This document shows positions 1-8,802 of a stretch of 30,646 nucleotides of DNA, one piece after another (position 1 is the stretch's first letter; each line of letters starts with the position of its first letter). The stretch is from a virus. Its lineage: Duplodnaviria > Caudoviricetes. The translations under genes and the position numbers were made by a program. The notes below the pieces were generated by a model. That model made no database searches. It worked only from the letters and a program-made list of their open reading frames with translations, and was not told the origin of the DNA. The stretch is from IMG/VR virus record IMGVR_UViG_3300036982_000142, positions 1 to 30,646 of that record, one strand, 5' to 3'.

Positions 1-67
1 GTTCGTAGCTGAAAACGAAAACCTTGCTTACGAAGTTGCAGCGGCTGAAATTCCAAATATCATCTAA
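1..67 (+). CDS. 3' end of the tail tube gene (duplicate of the end of 29915-30421)
   Basis: Encodes FVAENENLAYEVAAAEIPNII-stop, matching the C-terminus of 29915-30421 except F->Y. Confidence 0.9.
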   Translation, partial: FVAENENLAYEVAAAEIPNII

Positions 68-86
68 TAAGATAAACACGAATTGG

Positions 87-114
87 AAGGGGGTTTTAAT
101 TAGCCCCCTTTTTT
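87..114 (+). terminator. Rho-independent terminator after the tail tube gene
   Basis: AAGGGGGTT/AGCCCCCTT stem followed by a T-run. Confidence 0.85.
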
Positions 115-117
115 ATT

Positions 118-143
118 TAACCAACTTTTCTAAATACTACTTA
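118..143 (+). promoter_or_regulatory. Putative phage late promoter TAACCA-N14-TACTTA
   Basis: Exact motif with 14-nt spacer, 10 nt before ATG 154; repeated at 18100, 22032, 26105, 27942 and (TAACCG) 11381. Confidence 0.8.
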
Positions 144-153
144 TTAAGGTAGT

Positions 154-501
154 ATGATATACATTGAACAAAACCAAAACAATACAATAGCCTTAACGCT
201 AACGGAAAGTGCAACAATCACAGCACCGACTTGGTTGTTTAAATTCGTGTGGGAAATGGACCAAACACTTGACCCTATCTATTGGGTTGGCGTGGACTAT
301 TCTCAATATGTTAACCGCTATAACCTTTTCTTTTTGGAGGAAGGTGTTGACGTAACTTTACGAATTGGTCAATTTCGCTATTGGGTTTACGAAAGTCCAG
401 TGCCAATAATTGTCGACCCAAACACGAACGACAACGGATTGACTTTAGTTGAAGAGGGTCGTATGGTGGTCGAAGGTATATCGAATTCAATTTATGACTA
501 A
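154..501 (+). CDS. Hypothetical virion-module protein (beta-rich)
   Basis: 115-aa ORF after the late motif, overlapping the portal start by 1 nt. Confidence 0.7.
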   Translation: MIYIEQNQNNTIALTLTESATITAPTWLFKFVWEMDQTLDPIYWVGVDYSQYVNRYNLFFLEEGVDVTLRIGQFRYWVYESPVPIIVDPNTNDNGLTLVEEGRMVVEGISNSIYD

Positions 502-1790
502 TGGGTTTATTTGGAAAGTTTAAAAAAGACGACAGTCTTAAAATAGTTGACACAGGTTACCAAAGTTTTAGTACTCCGTTCCTGCGTGTGCCTGAAGGCA
601 ATTTGTCTTTACCCTTTGTTGATGTGCGTTACACTACGCAGGGTTACGTGCGTTTCGGAAGTGACAACCTTTATCCTCAGTACATGAACCAAATGTACTA
701 TATGAGTCCGTTGCACGGGTCTATTGTAGACTTTAAGACCAACGCAACTATAGGAGGTGGGTACACATTTGACGAGTCCAAACTTACGGACATGGAAAAG
801 GTGGTACTTTATGCGTTCGGAAAAAAGATAGGTTTTAAAGACACGCTAAAGACGATCACGAAAGACGTAATTCTTCACGGACGTTGCTACTTTTTAATTG
901 AGTTGAAAGGCGGGAAGACGTATAACGTGAAACGAGTAGCCCCTGAGAAGGTAAGAATAAACCAAGCTAAAACAATCTACGCAGTAAATGAGGACTGGCA
1001 GTTTGGTATGCAAATTAGAACCTTCGAACCATACCACCCGGAATGTAAAGACGGAACTTACCTATACGCTTACGAACAAAAGAGCGTAGGACAAGACTAC
1101 TATCCTTTACCGCAGTATACAAGTGCGTTAAACTTCGCCTTTTTGAGTGGTGAATTGTCCTACTTGCAGAAATCGAACATACAAAACTCCATTTTTCCAT
1201 CGTTTGCCATGATGTTTCCAAAGAAGCCCCAAGGTAATGAGGAAATGCAGCTGATAAAAGACACGGTTAACAAGTTGAAAGGGGCGGAGAACGCAGGAAA
1301 AGCGGTTGCATTCTTTGCTAATAACAAGGAAAGTTTGCCCGATATTGTTAACGTACCGACAAATTCAAACGACGAGTTATTTAAGGGGGTTAGTGAGTTG
1401 AATACCGAGCAAATTTGTTTCGCTCACACCATTGACCCTATACTTTTGGGTGTGCGCACTACGGGTTCTTTGGGTAGTGGTTCGGATATTAAACAAGCGT
1501 ATGTAATCTTTGAAAAGAATACTATTATTCCTTTGCGTGAAACCATTACGGATGTAATAAACGGACTTTTACGGGCGGTTGGTATCAATGCACACGTAGA
1601 AATAACTAACTACCAAATCGTAAACGAAACTATTACAAGCGTAGACGAAAAGGGTAAAGACATTATAAACGCATTAAACGCAATGAACCCAACACTTGCC
1701 GCTAAAGTTTTGGAAAATATGACAGCAAACGAAATACGGGAACTTGCATCTTTAGCTCCGTTACCTGACACTCAAACACCAGCGCAATGA
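501..1790 (+). CDS. Portal protein
   Basis: 429 aa; FGSDNLYP N-terminal motif, GAENAGK, 'EQICFAH..DPILLGV', 'IIPLRE.I' pattern typical of phage portals. Confidence 0.85.
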   Translation: MGLFGKFKKDDSLKIVDTGYQSFSTPFLRVPEGNLSLPFVDVRYTTQGYVRFGSDNLYPQYMNQMYYMSPLHGSIVDFKTNATIGGGYTFDESKLTDMEKVVLYAFGKKIGFKDTLKTITKDVILHGRCYFLIELKGGKTYNVKRVAPEKVRINQAKTIYAVNEDWQFGMQIRTFEPYHPECKDGTYLYAYEQKSVGQDYYPLPQYTSALNFAFLSGELSYLQKSNIQNSIFPSFAMMFPKKPQGNEEMQLIKDTVNKLKGAENAGKAVAFFANNKESLPDIVNVPTNSNDELFKGVSELNTEQICFAHTIDPILLGVRTTGSLGSGSDIKQAYVIFEKNTIIPLRETITDVINGLLRAVGINAHVEITNYQIVNETITSVDEKGKDIINALNAMNPTLAAKVLENMTANEIRELASLAPLPDTQTPAQ

Positions 1791-2302
1791 TTTACTTCGT
1801 AACTGAAAATTACCTAAAGGTAAACACCCCCATAACTGCTAACGTTGACGTTACGGACGTTTTCCCGTACGTTAAACCCGCAAGTGATATGCGAGTCCAA
1901 GCAATACTCGGTTCGTACTTCTATGCGTACCTTTTGGCTGCGTATAACGCTCAAACATTAAACAACGACGAAGAACTTTTAGTTGAAAAAATACAGCCCG
2001 TTGTAGCGTGGAGGGCAGCCGAACAAGCCGCCTTCGGATTAACTTACCAACTTAAAAATAAAGGTATTCAAACCCAAAACGGGGACTACTCAAATAGCGT
2101 GAGTCAAAATGAAACGGCTTTTGTTATGGATCACTACGGACAAATGGCTGCTTTCTACGAGAAAAGATTAACTAACTATTTGCTCACGAACAAAGCATTA
2201 TTTCCCGAGTTTACAAGTGACCTAAACACGGACTCGGATATTAAGCCCGTAGGTGGTTGCGGCAATAGAGGTGACTACGACAACACTATGATGGTTATCT
2301 AA
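1787..2302 (+). CDS. Putative head-tail adaptor/connector
   Basis: 171-aa helical protein coupled (ATGA) to the portal; position and size fit an adaptor. Confidence 0.55.
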   Translation: MIYFVTENYLKVNTPITANVDVTDVFPYVKPASDMRVQAILGSYFYAYLLAAYNAQTLNNDEELLVEKIQPVVAWRAAEQAAFGLTYQLKNKGIQTQNGDYSNSVSQNETAFVMDHYGQMAAFYEKRLTNYLLTNKALFPEFTSDLNTDSDIKPVGGCGNRGDYDNTMMVI

Positions 2303-4365
2303 TGGCAGACCAAGAAATAAATATAAAACTTAACGGGATAGCCCAAATCCGTTCGGAACTTAAAGCATTAAAAGGGGAACTTGCTAACGCGACCGACCCT
2401 AAACAAATGGCTGCACTTGCTGAAAAGGCGGGTGCATTAAGTGACCAACTGAAAGACGCTAACGAACAAGCTGCGGTCTTCGCTTCAGGTTCACGCTTCG
2501 AGCAAACGAGTAATGCGTTCGGCTTAATGTCTTCTCAAATAATGTCGATGGACTTTGAGGGGGCTGCAACCAGTGCGAAGTTGTTTGCGGGTAACCTTGG
2601 GAAGATTGACGGCAAAACTATTTCGTCAGGACTTAAAAGTGTTACCTCAATGATTACAACTTTGGGGGGTGCATTTATTAAGTTAGGAATAACAATTTTG
2701 GCAAACCCCATTTTTCTTTTAATTGCCATTGTCGTCGGTATTGTAGCAGCCCTTGCAACATTTGGAAAAAAATTAGGTTTTGTAAAAGCAATAATGGCAG
2801 GACTTACCGCTGTTTTTGATGCTATTATTGCAGGGTTAAAGGCGTTAAGTGATTGGTTAGGGTTTACTTCCTTTGCAGCGGAAGAGAGCGCAGCTCGTCA
2901 GGTTGCAGCCATGCAAAAAGTGGATAGCGCACGAGAAAAAAACCTCAATGCTTATATACGTGACACTGATACGAAAATTAAACTCATGCAAATTGAGGGA
3001 AAAGACACGTATAAAGTAGAACAACAAAAACGAGAACAAATAATTGAAACGTCAAAACTTCGTTATAAAGCTGCACTTGAGCAGATAAAAATGATGTACA
3101 AAACGGGTGAAGCTGATACCGAAGAAATTAGGAAAATACGGGAAAAAGCTAAAGCACTACGAGAGACTATAGACCAAACTTCCTCAGATGCTAAAATAGC
3201 AAGGGCACAACAAAAAGCAGACAAGAAAAAAGCAGGGGAAGAAGACGATAAAGCCGATGCAGACCAAGCAAAAAATCAAGCGGAAAATGCGAAGAAATGG
3301 AAGCTGGATAGATTAGCAGCGGAACGTCAAATCGAAGATTTAAGATTGTCTTTAATTGTAGATGACCAACAACGTGAAATAGCTATTAACTTAGAAAAAT
3401 TTGAGCGGCTTCGTGCTGACTTATTAACAAATGATAAATTAACAAGAAACGAACGGGCAGCACTTAAAGCACTATACGACCAAGAAGAGTTAAAAACACA
3501 AGAAGCAATTAACAAAAAATTCGTAGATGCTGAAGCTAAAAAGCAAGAAGAAATTAATGCGAAAAGAATTGCAGGTGAAGACGCTTTATTTGCCATGCGT
3601 CAGGCATTAACACTAAGTCAAAAAGAACAAGAAATTGCACAAGCGGTAAAAGATGCCGAAGATAAATACGCATTAGACGGAATAACCGCTGCCGATGAGT
3701 TACTAATTGCCGAAGAGCAAAAGAAAAAAATTGCTGAAATAAACCAAAAATATACGGATGCAGAAGTAGCCGCAACACTGGCAGCAGAAAAAGAAAAAGC
3801 AGACGCAAAAATAAAACTTGAACAAGAGGTAAGGGGGACAATAAATAACCTAACAGAAACTGCCTTCGCTTTATCAAATCGTTTCGGAAAACAAGACGAA
3901 GCAAGTCGTGAAAAACGGGCAAAGCGTCAGTTCCAAATAGCTAAAACAATGCAGTTGTCAATGGCTATTATGGACGGGATTAAAGCCGCTCAAGCTTCAC
4001 TTGCTGTTTCACCTTTGACAGTCTTAGGAGTACCGAACCCTGGGGCAATATCCGCCTTAGCATTTACTATTAGTACCTCATTGGCTAACGTTGCAAAAAT
4101 TGCAAGTACTCAATACGGAAGTAAGAGTGCTGGAGGTGCTGCGGGAGGTGCGCCCCCTGCGGGTGGTGGCGGTGCTGAAACTGCGGGAGGTGGTGCGCCT
4201 TCATTTAGTCTATTCGGACAAAGTAACAACCAAAACACGACGGGAGCAGCGCAAGACGTAGAAAACAAATCGAACCAACTCACGGTTAAAGCCATTGTAG
4301 TTGAAAGTGACGTAACAAGCACCCAAAATAAGGTTAAGAAAATGCAAGAAAACGCTACACTATGA
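2302..4365 (+). CDS. Tape-measure-like protein
   Basis: 687 aa, Ala/Lys/Glu-rich coiled coil, central hydrophobic stretch (ILANPIFLLIAIVVGIVAALA), Gly-rich C-terminal linker. Confidence 0.75.
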   Translation: MADQEINIKLNGIAQIRSELKALKGELANATDPKQMAALAEKAGALSDQLKDANEQAAVFASGSRFEQTSNAFGLMSSQIMSMDFEGAATSAKLFAGNLGKIDGKTISSGLKSVTSMITTLGGAFIKLGITILANPIFLLIAIVVGIVAALATFGKKLGFVKAIMAGLTAVFDAIIAGLKALSDWLGFTSFAAEESAARQVAAMQKVDSAREKNLNAYIRDTDTKIKLMQIEGKDTYKVEQQKREQIIETSKLRYKAALEQIKMMYKTGEADTEEIRKIREKAKALRETIDQTSSDAKIARAQQKADKKKAGEEDDKADADQAKNQAENAKKWKLDRLAAERQIEDLRLSLIVDDQQREIAINLEKFERLRADLLTNDKLTRNERAALKALYDQEELKTQEAINKKFVDAEAKKQEEINAKRIAGEDALFAMRQALTLSQKEQEIAQAVKDAEDKYALDGITAADELLIAEEQKKKIAEINQKYTDAEVAATLAAEKEKADAKIKLEQEVRGTINNLTETAFALSNRFGKQDEASREKRAKRQFQIAKTMQLSMAIMDGIKAAQASLAVSPLTVLGVPNPGAISALAFTISTSLANVAKIASTQYGSKSAGGAAGGAPPAGGGGAETAGGGAPSFSLFGQSNNQNTTGAAQDVENKSNQLTVKAIVVESDVTSTQNKVKKMQENATL

Positions 4366-5903
4366 CAAGCTACATAACACTACTTAGTAAGATTGAGCAG
4401 TTTTGTAATGCTCACCTTCAAATCAAAAAGTATGGGGGTGAATTTCGAGAGCAGATGCCAAACTTTTCTACTCAAAACGAAAAGTACCCTATTATTTTTG
4501 TCGAACCAGTTAGCGACCTCGAAGACCTAAACACGAACCAATTTTCTATTAACGTTTATTGTGTCGATATAATCCAAAAAGACCGAGTAAACATAAACAC
4601 TATTGTAAGCGACTGCCAACTTATCCTAAAAGATATGTACGTCTATTACATTAATGACATGGACGCTCAATTAGACGTAGTAGGTACTTCGACCATGACA
4701 CCCGTTAACAACTTTGACTCGGATTACGTTGCAGGGTGGGTAATGTCTATAACGTTTGAGGTCTCGACTTACGGAGCTTGTGAAATACCAATGAACCCCA
4801 TTGAACCCGTTGAGGTGGAATGTCAAGATGGAAGCGTTGAAAACTCGGACGGTAGTTACACTGACGTTGTACCAAGTGGGGGAACGTTAGTACTTCCTGA
4901 CGTGCGTTTAGTAGTATACGATGAAGACGGAAATGTATTGAGTGACGCAATGTACCCAAGCGTTACAGACCAAGACATAACGGTTACTATACCACCATGT
5001 GAGGACGCAACCTACGATGTTTATAACTCCGTTCCTACCTTACTATTTAGCGGAACAATACCAAGCGGTGACAATGAAATAATTACCGCACCTGACGCAA
5101 CGCTACACTTGAGAAAAGTTGGCAACGGTACAATACACGTTGAAGCCGTACCGAGTGGAGTAACTGAAAACTATATTGTAGCGGACAACGATATAACAGT
5201 TAACCAAGTTGACCCGTTTTCAATTCATGCAACCGACCCGTTAAACATACGACTACACAACCAAAGCGGTGGCGACATTACACCGCAGTCGGTAGTTTAC
5301 CAAGGTAACTCGAACCACGTTACAATCACAGTTAACACGGCTTCATTTACACCCGTTGGTGCAACCTTAATGAAGACGGGACAAACTACTTCTTACCGCA
5401 CTGGAGACGATGGAGACATTGAAGCGGGACGAGCTACTTCGTTCACAGTGCTTGCGTCAAATAATCCATTCGGAAACACTAATAGATTTACTGACGAGTT
5501 AGGCGGTCAAACGTACACGAAAAACATTGTCATTGATTGGTCAACTTATAACGGCTCAAATGTGCTTGGTTATTATAGAACAGTTAGTGCTACCAATATA
5601 ACGTGGAACGCTGCCATTGATGCCGCACTTGCTTTATCGGTAGTAGGTTTTACGAGTGGATGGAGATTACCTAACAAAAAAGAAATAGAAAACATTTTTA
5701 ACTATTCCCTTTCCTTTGGTATAAGCTATTCACCCTTCAACTTTCCAAACGCTCAAATTTGGACTTCTACAACTTACAACGCATCCACTACTTTAGCCTA
5801 TATACACGTAGGCAGTTGGATAAATTTGGGTGGTAAAACGGGCGCAGATGGCAGATGGATAGCATGTAGAACATTCACAGTAACAGGAACAACTTTATCT
5901 TAA
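4362..5903 (+). CDS. Tail-terminator-like N-terminal domain fused to a C-terminal DUF1566/Lcl-like (C-type lectin fold) domain
   Basis: N-terminal ~140 aa with 'YPIIFVEP...FSINVYCVD...VAGWVMSITFEV'; C-terminal TGQT..Y..GDDG, GWRLPNKKEI and WTSTT motifs. Confidence 0.65.
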   Translation: MTSYITLLSKIEQFCNAHLQIKKYGGEFREQMPNFSTQNEKYPIIFVEPVSDLEDLNTNQFSINVYCVDIIQKDRVNINTIVSDCQLILKDMYVYYINDMDAQLDVVGTSTMTPVNNFDSDYVAGWVMSITFEVSTYGACEIPMNPIEPVEVECQDGSVENSDGSYTDVVPSGGTLVLPDVRLVVYDEDGNVLSDAMYPSVTDQDITVTIPPCEDATYDVYNSVPTLLFSGTIPSGDNEIITAPDATLHLRKVGNGTIHVEAVPSGVTENYIVADNDITVNQVDPFSIHATDPLNIRLHNQSGGDITPQSVVYQGNSNHVTITVNTASFTPVGATLMKTGQTTSYRTGDDGDIEAGRATSFTVLASNNPFGNTNRFTDELGGQTYTKNIVIDWSTYNGSNVLGYYRTVSATNITWNAAIDAALALSVVGFTSGWRLPNKKEIENIFNYSLSFGISYSPFNFPNAQIWTSTTYNASTTLAYIHVGSWINLGGKTGADGRWIACRTFTVTGTTLS

Positions 5904-5907
5904 CAAT

Positions 5908-6135
5908 ATGACTTATAAATTCCCCCAATTTCAAGTAGAAATCGTTGACCCAAGAATTGAGGTTCTTGTTATTCACGACACCATTGCAAAACGGACTTGC
6001 AGCGTTGACGTATTACTAACTACTGAAACGGCTAACTTCGGTTTATCCTTAGACGGCTTTACTTACGTTAATGACTGGAACGACGAGGAAGTCGAACTTT
6101 GGACTTTAACGGAACTTTCTAAATACGCAGTGTGA
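5908..6135 (+). CDS. Hypothetical protein (possible fibre-associated chaperone)
   Basis: 75-aa ORF packed between the fibre-like gene and the holin. Confidence 0.6.
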   Translation: MTYKFPQFQVEIVDPRIEVLVIHDTIAKRTCSVDVLLTTETANFGLSLDGFTYVNDWNDEEVELWTLTELSKYAV

Positions 6136-6545
6136 AGTATTTAGTCACGGCACTCGTTGCGGTTTATTCGTTCTTTGCGCCTATCCAAGTTATTTTAATT
6201 GTCATCGGCTTAGCTATTTTTACGGACACTATTGTAGCTGTTCGTTTGACTACGGAAAAGTTTAGCAGTAGGAGATTAAGACAAGGTTTAGTTGGTAAGA
6301 TGATCACGTACCAAAGTGCGGTTATTCTTTTCTTCCTCATCGATTACGCAATGGTTAATGAAATGGTTAAGACCGTCTTTTCAGTTGACTATACTTTAAC
6401 AAAATTGGTCGGTTTGTTCTTGGCATCTATTGAGGTAGTCAGCATTGACGAAAAGATAAGATTAAAATACGGAGACGACAAGGGTTTTATTGCTCGGTTC
6501 AAGAGGTTTATAACCAACGTAAAGAAGATTAAAGATAGTTTTTGA
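6132..6545 (+). CDS. Holin (Phage_holin_4_1-like)
   Basis: GTG start; about three hydrophobic segments, 'SSRRLRQG..K', 'IEVVSIDE', basic C-terminus; upstream of the endolysin. Confidence 0.75.
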   Translation: MKYLVTALVAVYSFFAPIQVILIVIGLAIFTDTIVAVRLTTEKFSSRRLRQGLVGKMITYQSAVILFFLIDYAMVNEMVKTVFSVDYTLTKLVGLFLASIEVVSIDEKIRLKYGDDKGFIARFKRFITNVKKIKDSF

Positions 6546-6573
6546 TGGATTAATCCGACTTTATATATGTTTG
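6541..6573 (+). promoter_or_regulatory. Possible Bacteroidota-type promoter TTTG-N21-TATGTTTG
   Basis: Matches the -33/-7 consensus, ending 33 nt before ATG 6607. Confidence 0.4.
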
Positions 6574-6606
6574 CACGTATAATTCTCACACTTAAATACT
6601 ATTTGT

Positions 6607-7068
6607 ATGCTATTACGTATAATGTTTGCCCTATGTTTAACGTCTTGCTCGGTTAATTACCACCTCAACAAAGCAATTAAAAAGGGTTATAGGTGCGACA
6701 CGGTTAGCGACACCATCCGAATAACTAAAGTAGATAGTTTCCTTGTATGGAAACACGACACCACTTATTGGGTGAAGGTAGTAACCTCAAAAGATACTAT
6801 TATCTATTATAAGACTTCCTACATACCAAAAACACGCTACGAAGTTAGATTTGATTACAAGCGTTTTAACGATAGTTTGCACTCAATTCGATTAATGTAT
6901 AAGGACAGCCTACGCAATGCGCTTAAAACGGCTAAAAATGACGTTAAACGTGAACGAGTAGTGCAACGCAAGTCACCACTTAATCAAATTAAGAACTATT
7001 TACTCATTTCACTCTTTATTCTACTCATAATTTTAATGTTTATTTTGTTAAGAAAAGTTTTACTTTAG
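6607..7068 (+). CDS. Lipoprotein with C-terminal membrane anchor, candidate unimolecular spanin
   Basis: Lipobox LTS-C at Cys14, beta-rich middle, C-terminal TM YLLISLFILLIILMFILL-RK; between holin and endolysin. Confidence 0.6.
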   Translation: MLLRIMFALCLTSCSVNYHLNKAIKKGYRCDTVSDTIRITKVDSFLVWKHDTTYWVKVVTSKDTIIYYKTSYIPKTRYEVRFDYKRFNDSLHSIRLMYKDSLRNALKTAKNDVKRERVVQRKSPLNQIKNYLLISLFILLIILMFILLRKVLL

Positions 7069-7081
7069 CAAAAAAAACCTT

Positions 7082-7645
7082 ATGAACTTAGAAACGTACA
7101 TTAAATTTATTAAGAAGTGGGAAGGCGGCTTAAGCGGTGACCCCTCGGACTCGTGTTCAGCTATGTACTGCCCGGTACTAAAAGACGGAAAACGTTACCA
7201 TACTAACATGGGTATCTGCTACTCGTCTTGGGTAGGTCAGTTCGGACACTCAAACAACGTCCGCTTTTTAAACATGAACTCCGAAGACTGGTTTAAGATA
7301 TTTCGTAAGGGCTATTGGGACAAGTGCCGAGCTGACGAGTTTAAATGTTTTTCCATCGGAGTTATTGTAACGGGTATGGCTTGGGGCTCAGGACAACACC
7401 GGGCTATTATAACCCTTCAACAAGCACTAAACAATTTAGGTAAACACGTAGTTGTTGACGGGGATATCGGACTTAAAACTTTAGCAGCCGCAAACGAGTT
7501 AGACGATCAAATTTTATTTGACGAACTTATCCGACTTAGACACGCTTTCTTTATTGCTATTAGTAAGCCCGGCATGAAAAACGCTAAATACCGAAAAGGT
7601 TGGTTAAATAGATTAACCGACTACACCAAAACCTTTAGACCTTGA
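7082..7645 (+). CDS. Endolysin, glycoside hydrolase family 108 with PG-binding C-terminal part
   Basis: WEGG..DP.D, T.MGI, YW, LQ..L...VDG.IG..T, GWLNR motifs. Confidence 0.85.
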   Translation: MNLETYIKFIKKWEGGLSGDPSDSCSAMYCPVLKDGKRYHTNMGICYSSWVGQFGHSNNVRFLNMNSEDWFKIFRKGYWDKCRADEFKCFSIGVIVTGMAWGSGQHRAIITLQQALNNLGKHVVVDGDIGLKTLAAANELDDQILFDELIRLRHAFFIAISKPGMKNAKYRKGWLNRLTDYTKTFRP

Positions 7646-8415
7646 CCCGCAAAAGACTGTTTTTCGACATTGAAACTTCGCCAAATATCGTTACTTCGTG
7701 GCGGGTTGGCTATAATTTAAACCTAAGCCCCGACAATATAATAAAGGAACGTGCTATTATCTGCGTTTGTTGGAAGTGGGAAGGCGAAGACGAAGTACAC
7801 GCACTAACTTGGGATAAACACCAAGACGATAAAAAGCTACTTGAAAAGTTTATCAAAGAACTCAACAAAGCCGACGAAATAATTGGTCACAACGGAGATA
7901 GGTTCGACATTAAATGGTTACGCACACGCTGCATTTATCACAACGTTGATATGTTTCCTACTTACCGCACCATTGACACGCTTAAATTCGCTAAAAGTGG
8001 GTTCTATTTCAATTCTAATAAACTTGATTATATCAGTAAGTTTCTCGGAGTGGGTGCAAAGTCGGACACTGGAGGTTTCCAAACGTGGAAGGATATACTA
8101 TTTGATAAAAGCGAGTCGGCACTTGATCACATGGTTGAGTACTGCAAAAACGATGTCGTTATTTTAGAAAAGGTTTACGACAAGTTACGCCCGTACTCAA
8201 AGCACAAAGTCAACTACGCTACATTACGAGGTGGTGATCGTTGGAACTGCCCGAACTGCGGAACTGAAGACGTTAAACTTCGCAAGACTTACACGACTGC
8301 GGCGGGAACTATAATGCACTCGTTAGGATGTAAGGCGGGATGCCGTTCGGCTTACTCGGTAAACAATAAAGTTTACATTGATTGGCTACAACACAAAATG
8401 ATAAATAATATATAG
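7642..8415 (+). CDS. DnaQ/RNase H-like 3'-5' exonuclease with C-terminal Zn ribbon
   Basis: ExoI DIET, ExoII HNGDRFD, ExoIII YCKND; CPNCG...C...C. Confidence 0.85.
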   Translation: MTRKRLFFDIETSPNIVTSWRVGYNLNLSPDNIIKERAIICVCWKWEGEDEVHALTWDKHQDDKKLLEKFIKELNKADEIIGHNGDRFDIKWLRTRCIYHNVDMFPTYRTIDTLKFAKSGFYFNSNKLDYISKFLGVGAKSDTGGFQTWKDILFDKSESALDHMVEYCKNDVVILEKVYDKLRPYSKHKVNYATLRGGDRWNCPNCGTEDVKLRKTYTTAAGTIMHSLGCKAGCRSAYSVNNKVYIDWLQHKMINNI

Positions 8416-8450
8416 TATATTTGTCTACTTCTTTTTTTCATGTTAGGTTT

Positions 8451-8478
8451 AAGGCATCCCTTCGGGGGTGCTTTTTTT
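8451..8478 (+). terminator. Rho-independent terminator with cUUCGg tetraloop
   Basis: AAGGCATCCC-TTCG-GGGGTGCTTT followed by a T-run. Confidence 0.9.
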
Positions 8479-8487
8479 ATGACAAGA

Positions 8488-8521
8488 CCCCCCAAGTTTC
8501 CCCCCAAGTCACCCCCCAAGT
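8488..8521. repeat. 3 x CCCCCCAAGT, 12-bp period
   Basis: Copies at 8488, 8500, 8512. Confidence 0.95.
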
Positions 8522-8593
8522 GTTACAATTCCGTCACACATTTAACCTAAGTTTGTGACAAATCTCCAGTTTTTTAATCATTGAACTTGACAA

Positions 8594-8641
8594 AATGTCT
8601 AACAATGTCTAAAAATGTCTAAAAAATGTCTAAAATGCCTA
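8594..8641. repeat. 4 x AATGTCTAA plus one degenerate copy, about 10-bp period
   Basis: Copies at 8594, 8604, 8614, 8625; AATGCCTA at 8634. Confidence 0.95.
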
Positions 8642-8733
8642 TTCCATAAATTTTTATTTCACGCTGAAACCCTTACTACCATTGACTTTAAAAATAAACT
8701 TAAATTTATTTTGTTAAAAAAGTGTTCAAAAGA

Positions 8734-8763
8734 TTGCGTATTAAAAATAAAGCAGTACATTTG
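8734..8763 (+). promoter_or_regulatory. Early promoter, Bacteroidota primary-sigma type TTG-N19-TACATTTG
   Basis: Consensus -33/-7 elements, AT-rich upstream, precedes the first early ORF. Confidence 0.85.
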
Positions 8764-8802
8764 TAAGGTCAATAAGGCACAACAATTTTAAAACTTAACA
8801 AC

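Larger units (their letters stand above)
1..292. repeat. Terminal direct repeat, left copy (circular overlap with 30355-30646)
   Basis: 292 bp align without gaps to 30355-30646; six substitutions seen (positions 30, 31, 55, 58, 61, 165). Confidence 0.97.

Noticed and set aside
72-84. 13-mer ATAAACACGAATT also at 26113-26125
   Set aside because: AT-rich, only two independent copies, and at different positions relative to the late motif; may be chance
5590-5903. Diversity-generating retroelement targeting the DUF1566-like domain
   Set aside because: No reverse transcriptase ORF and no second, adenine-variant copy of the 3' region seen in an apparently complete genome
8479-8550. Mini-ORF MTRPPKFPPKSPPKCYNSVTHLT
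   Set aside because: Starts right after a terminator T-run with no promoter; explained by the DNA repeat
8488-8641. CRISPR or mini-CRISPR array
   Set aside because: Units are 9-10 bp with 0-2 bp gaps; no spacers and no cas genes
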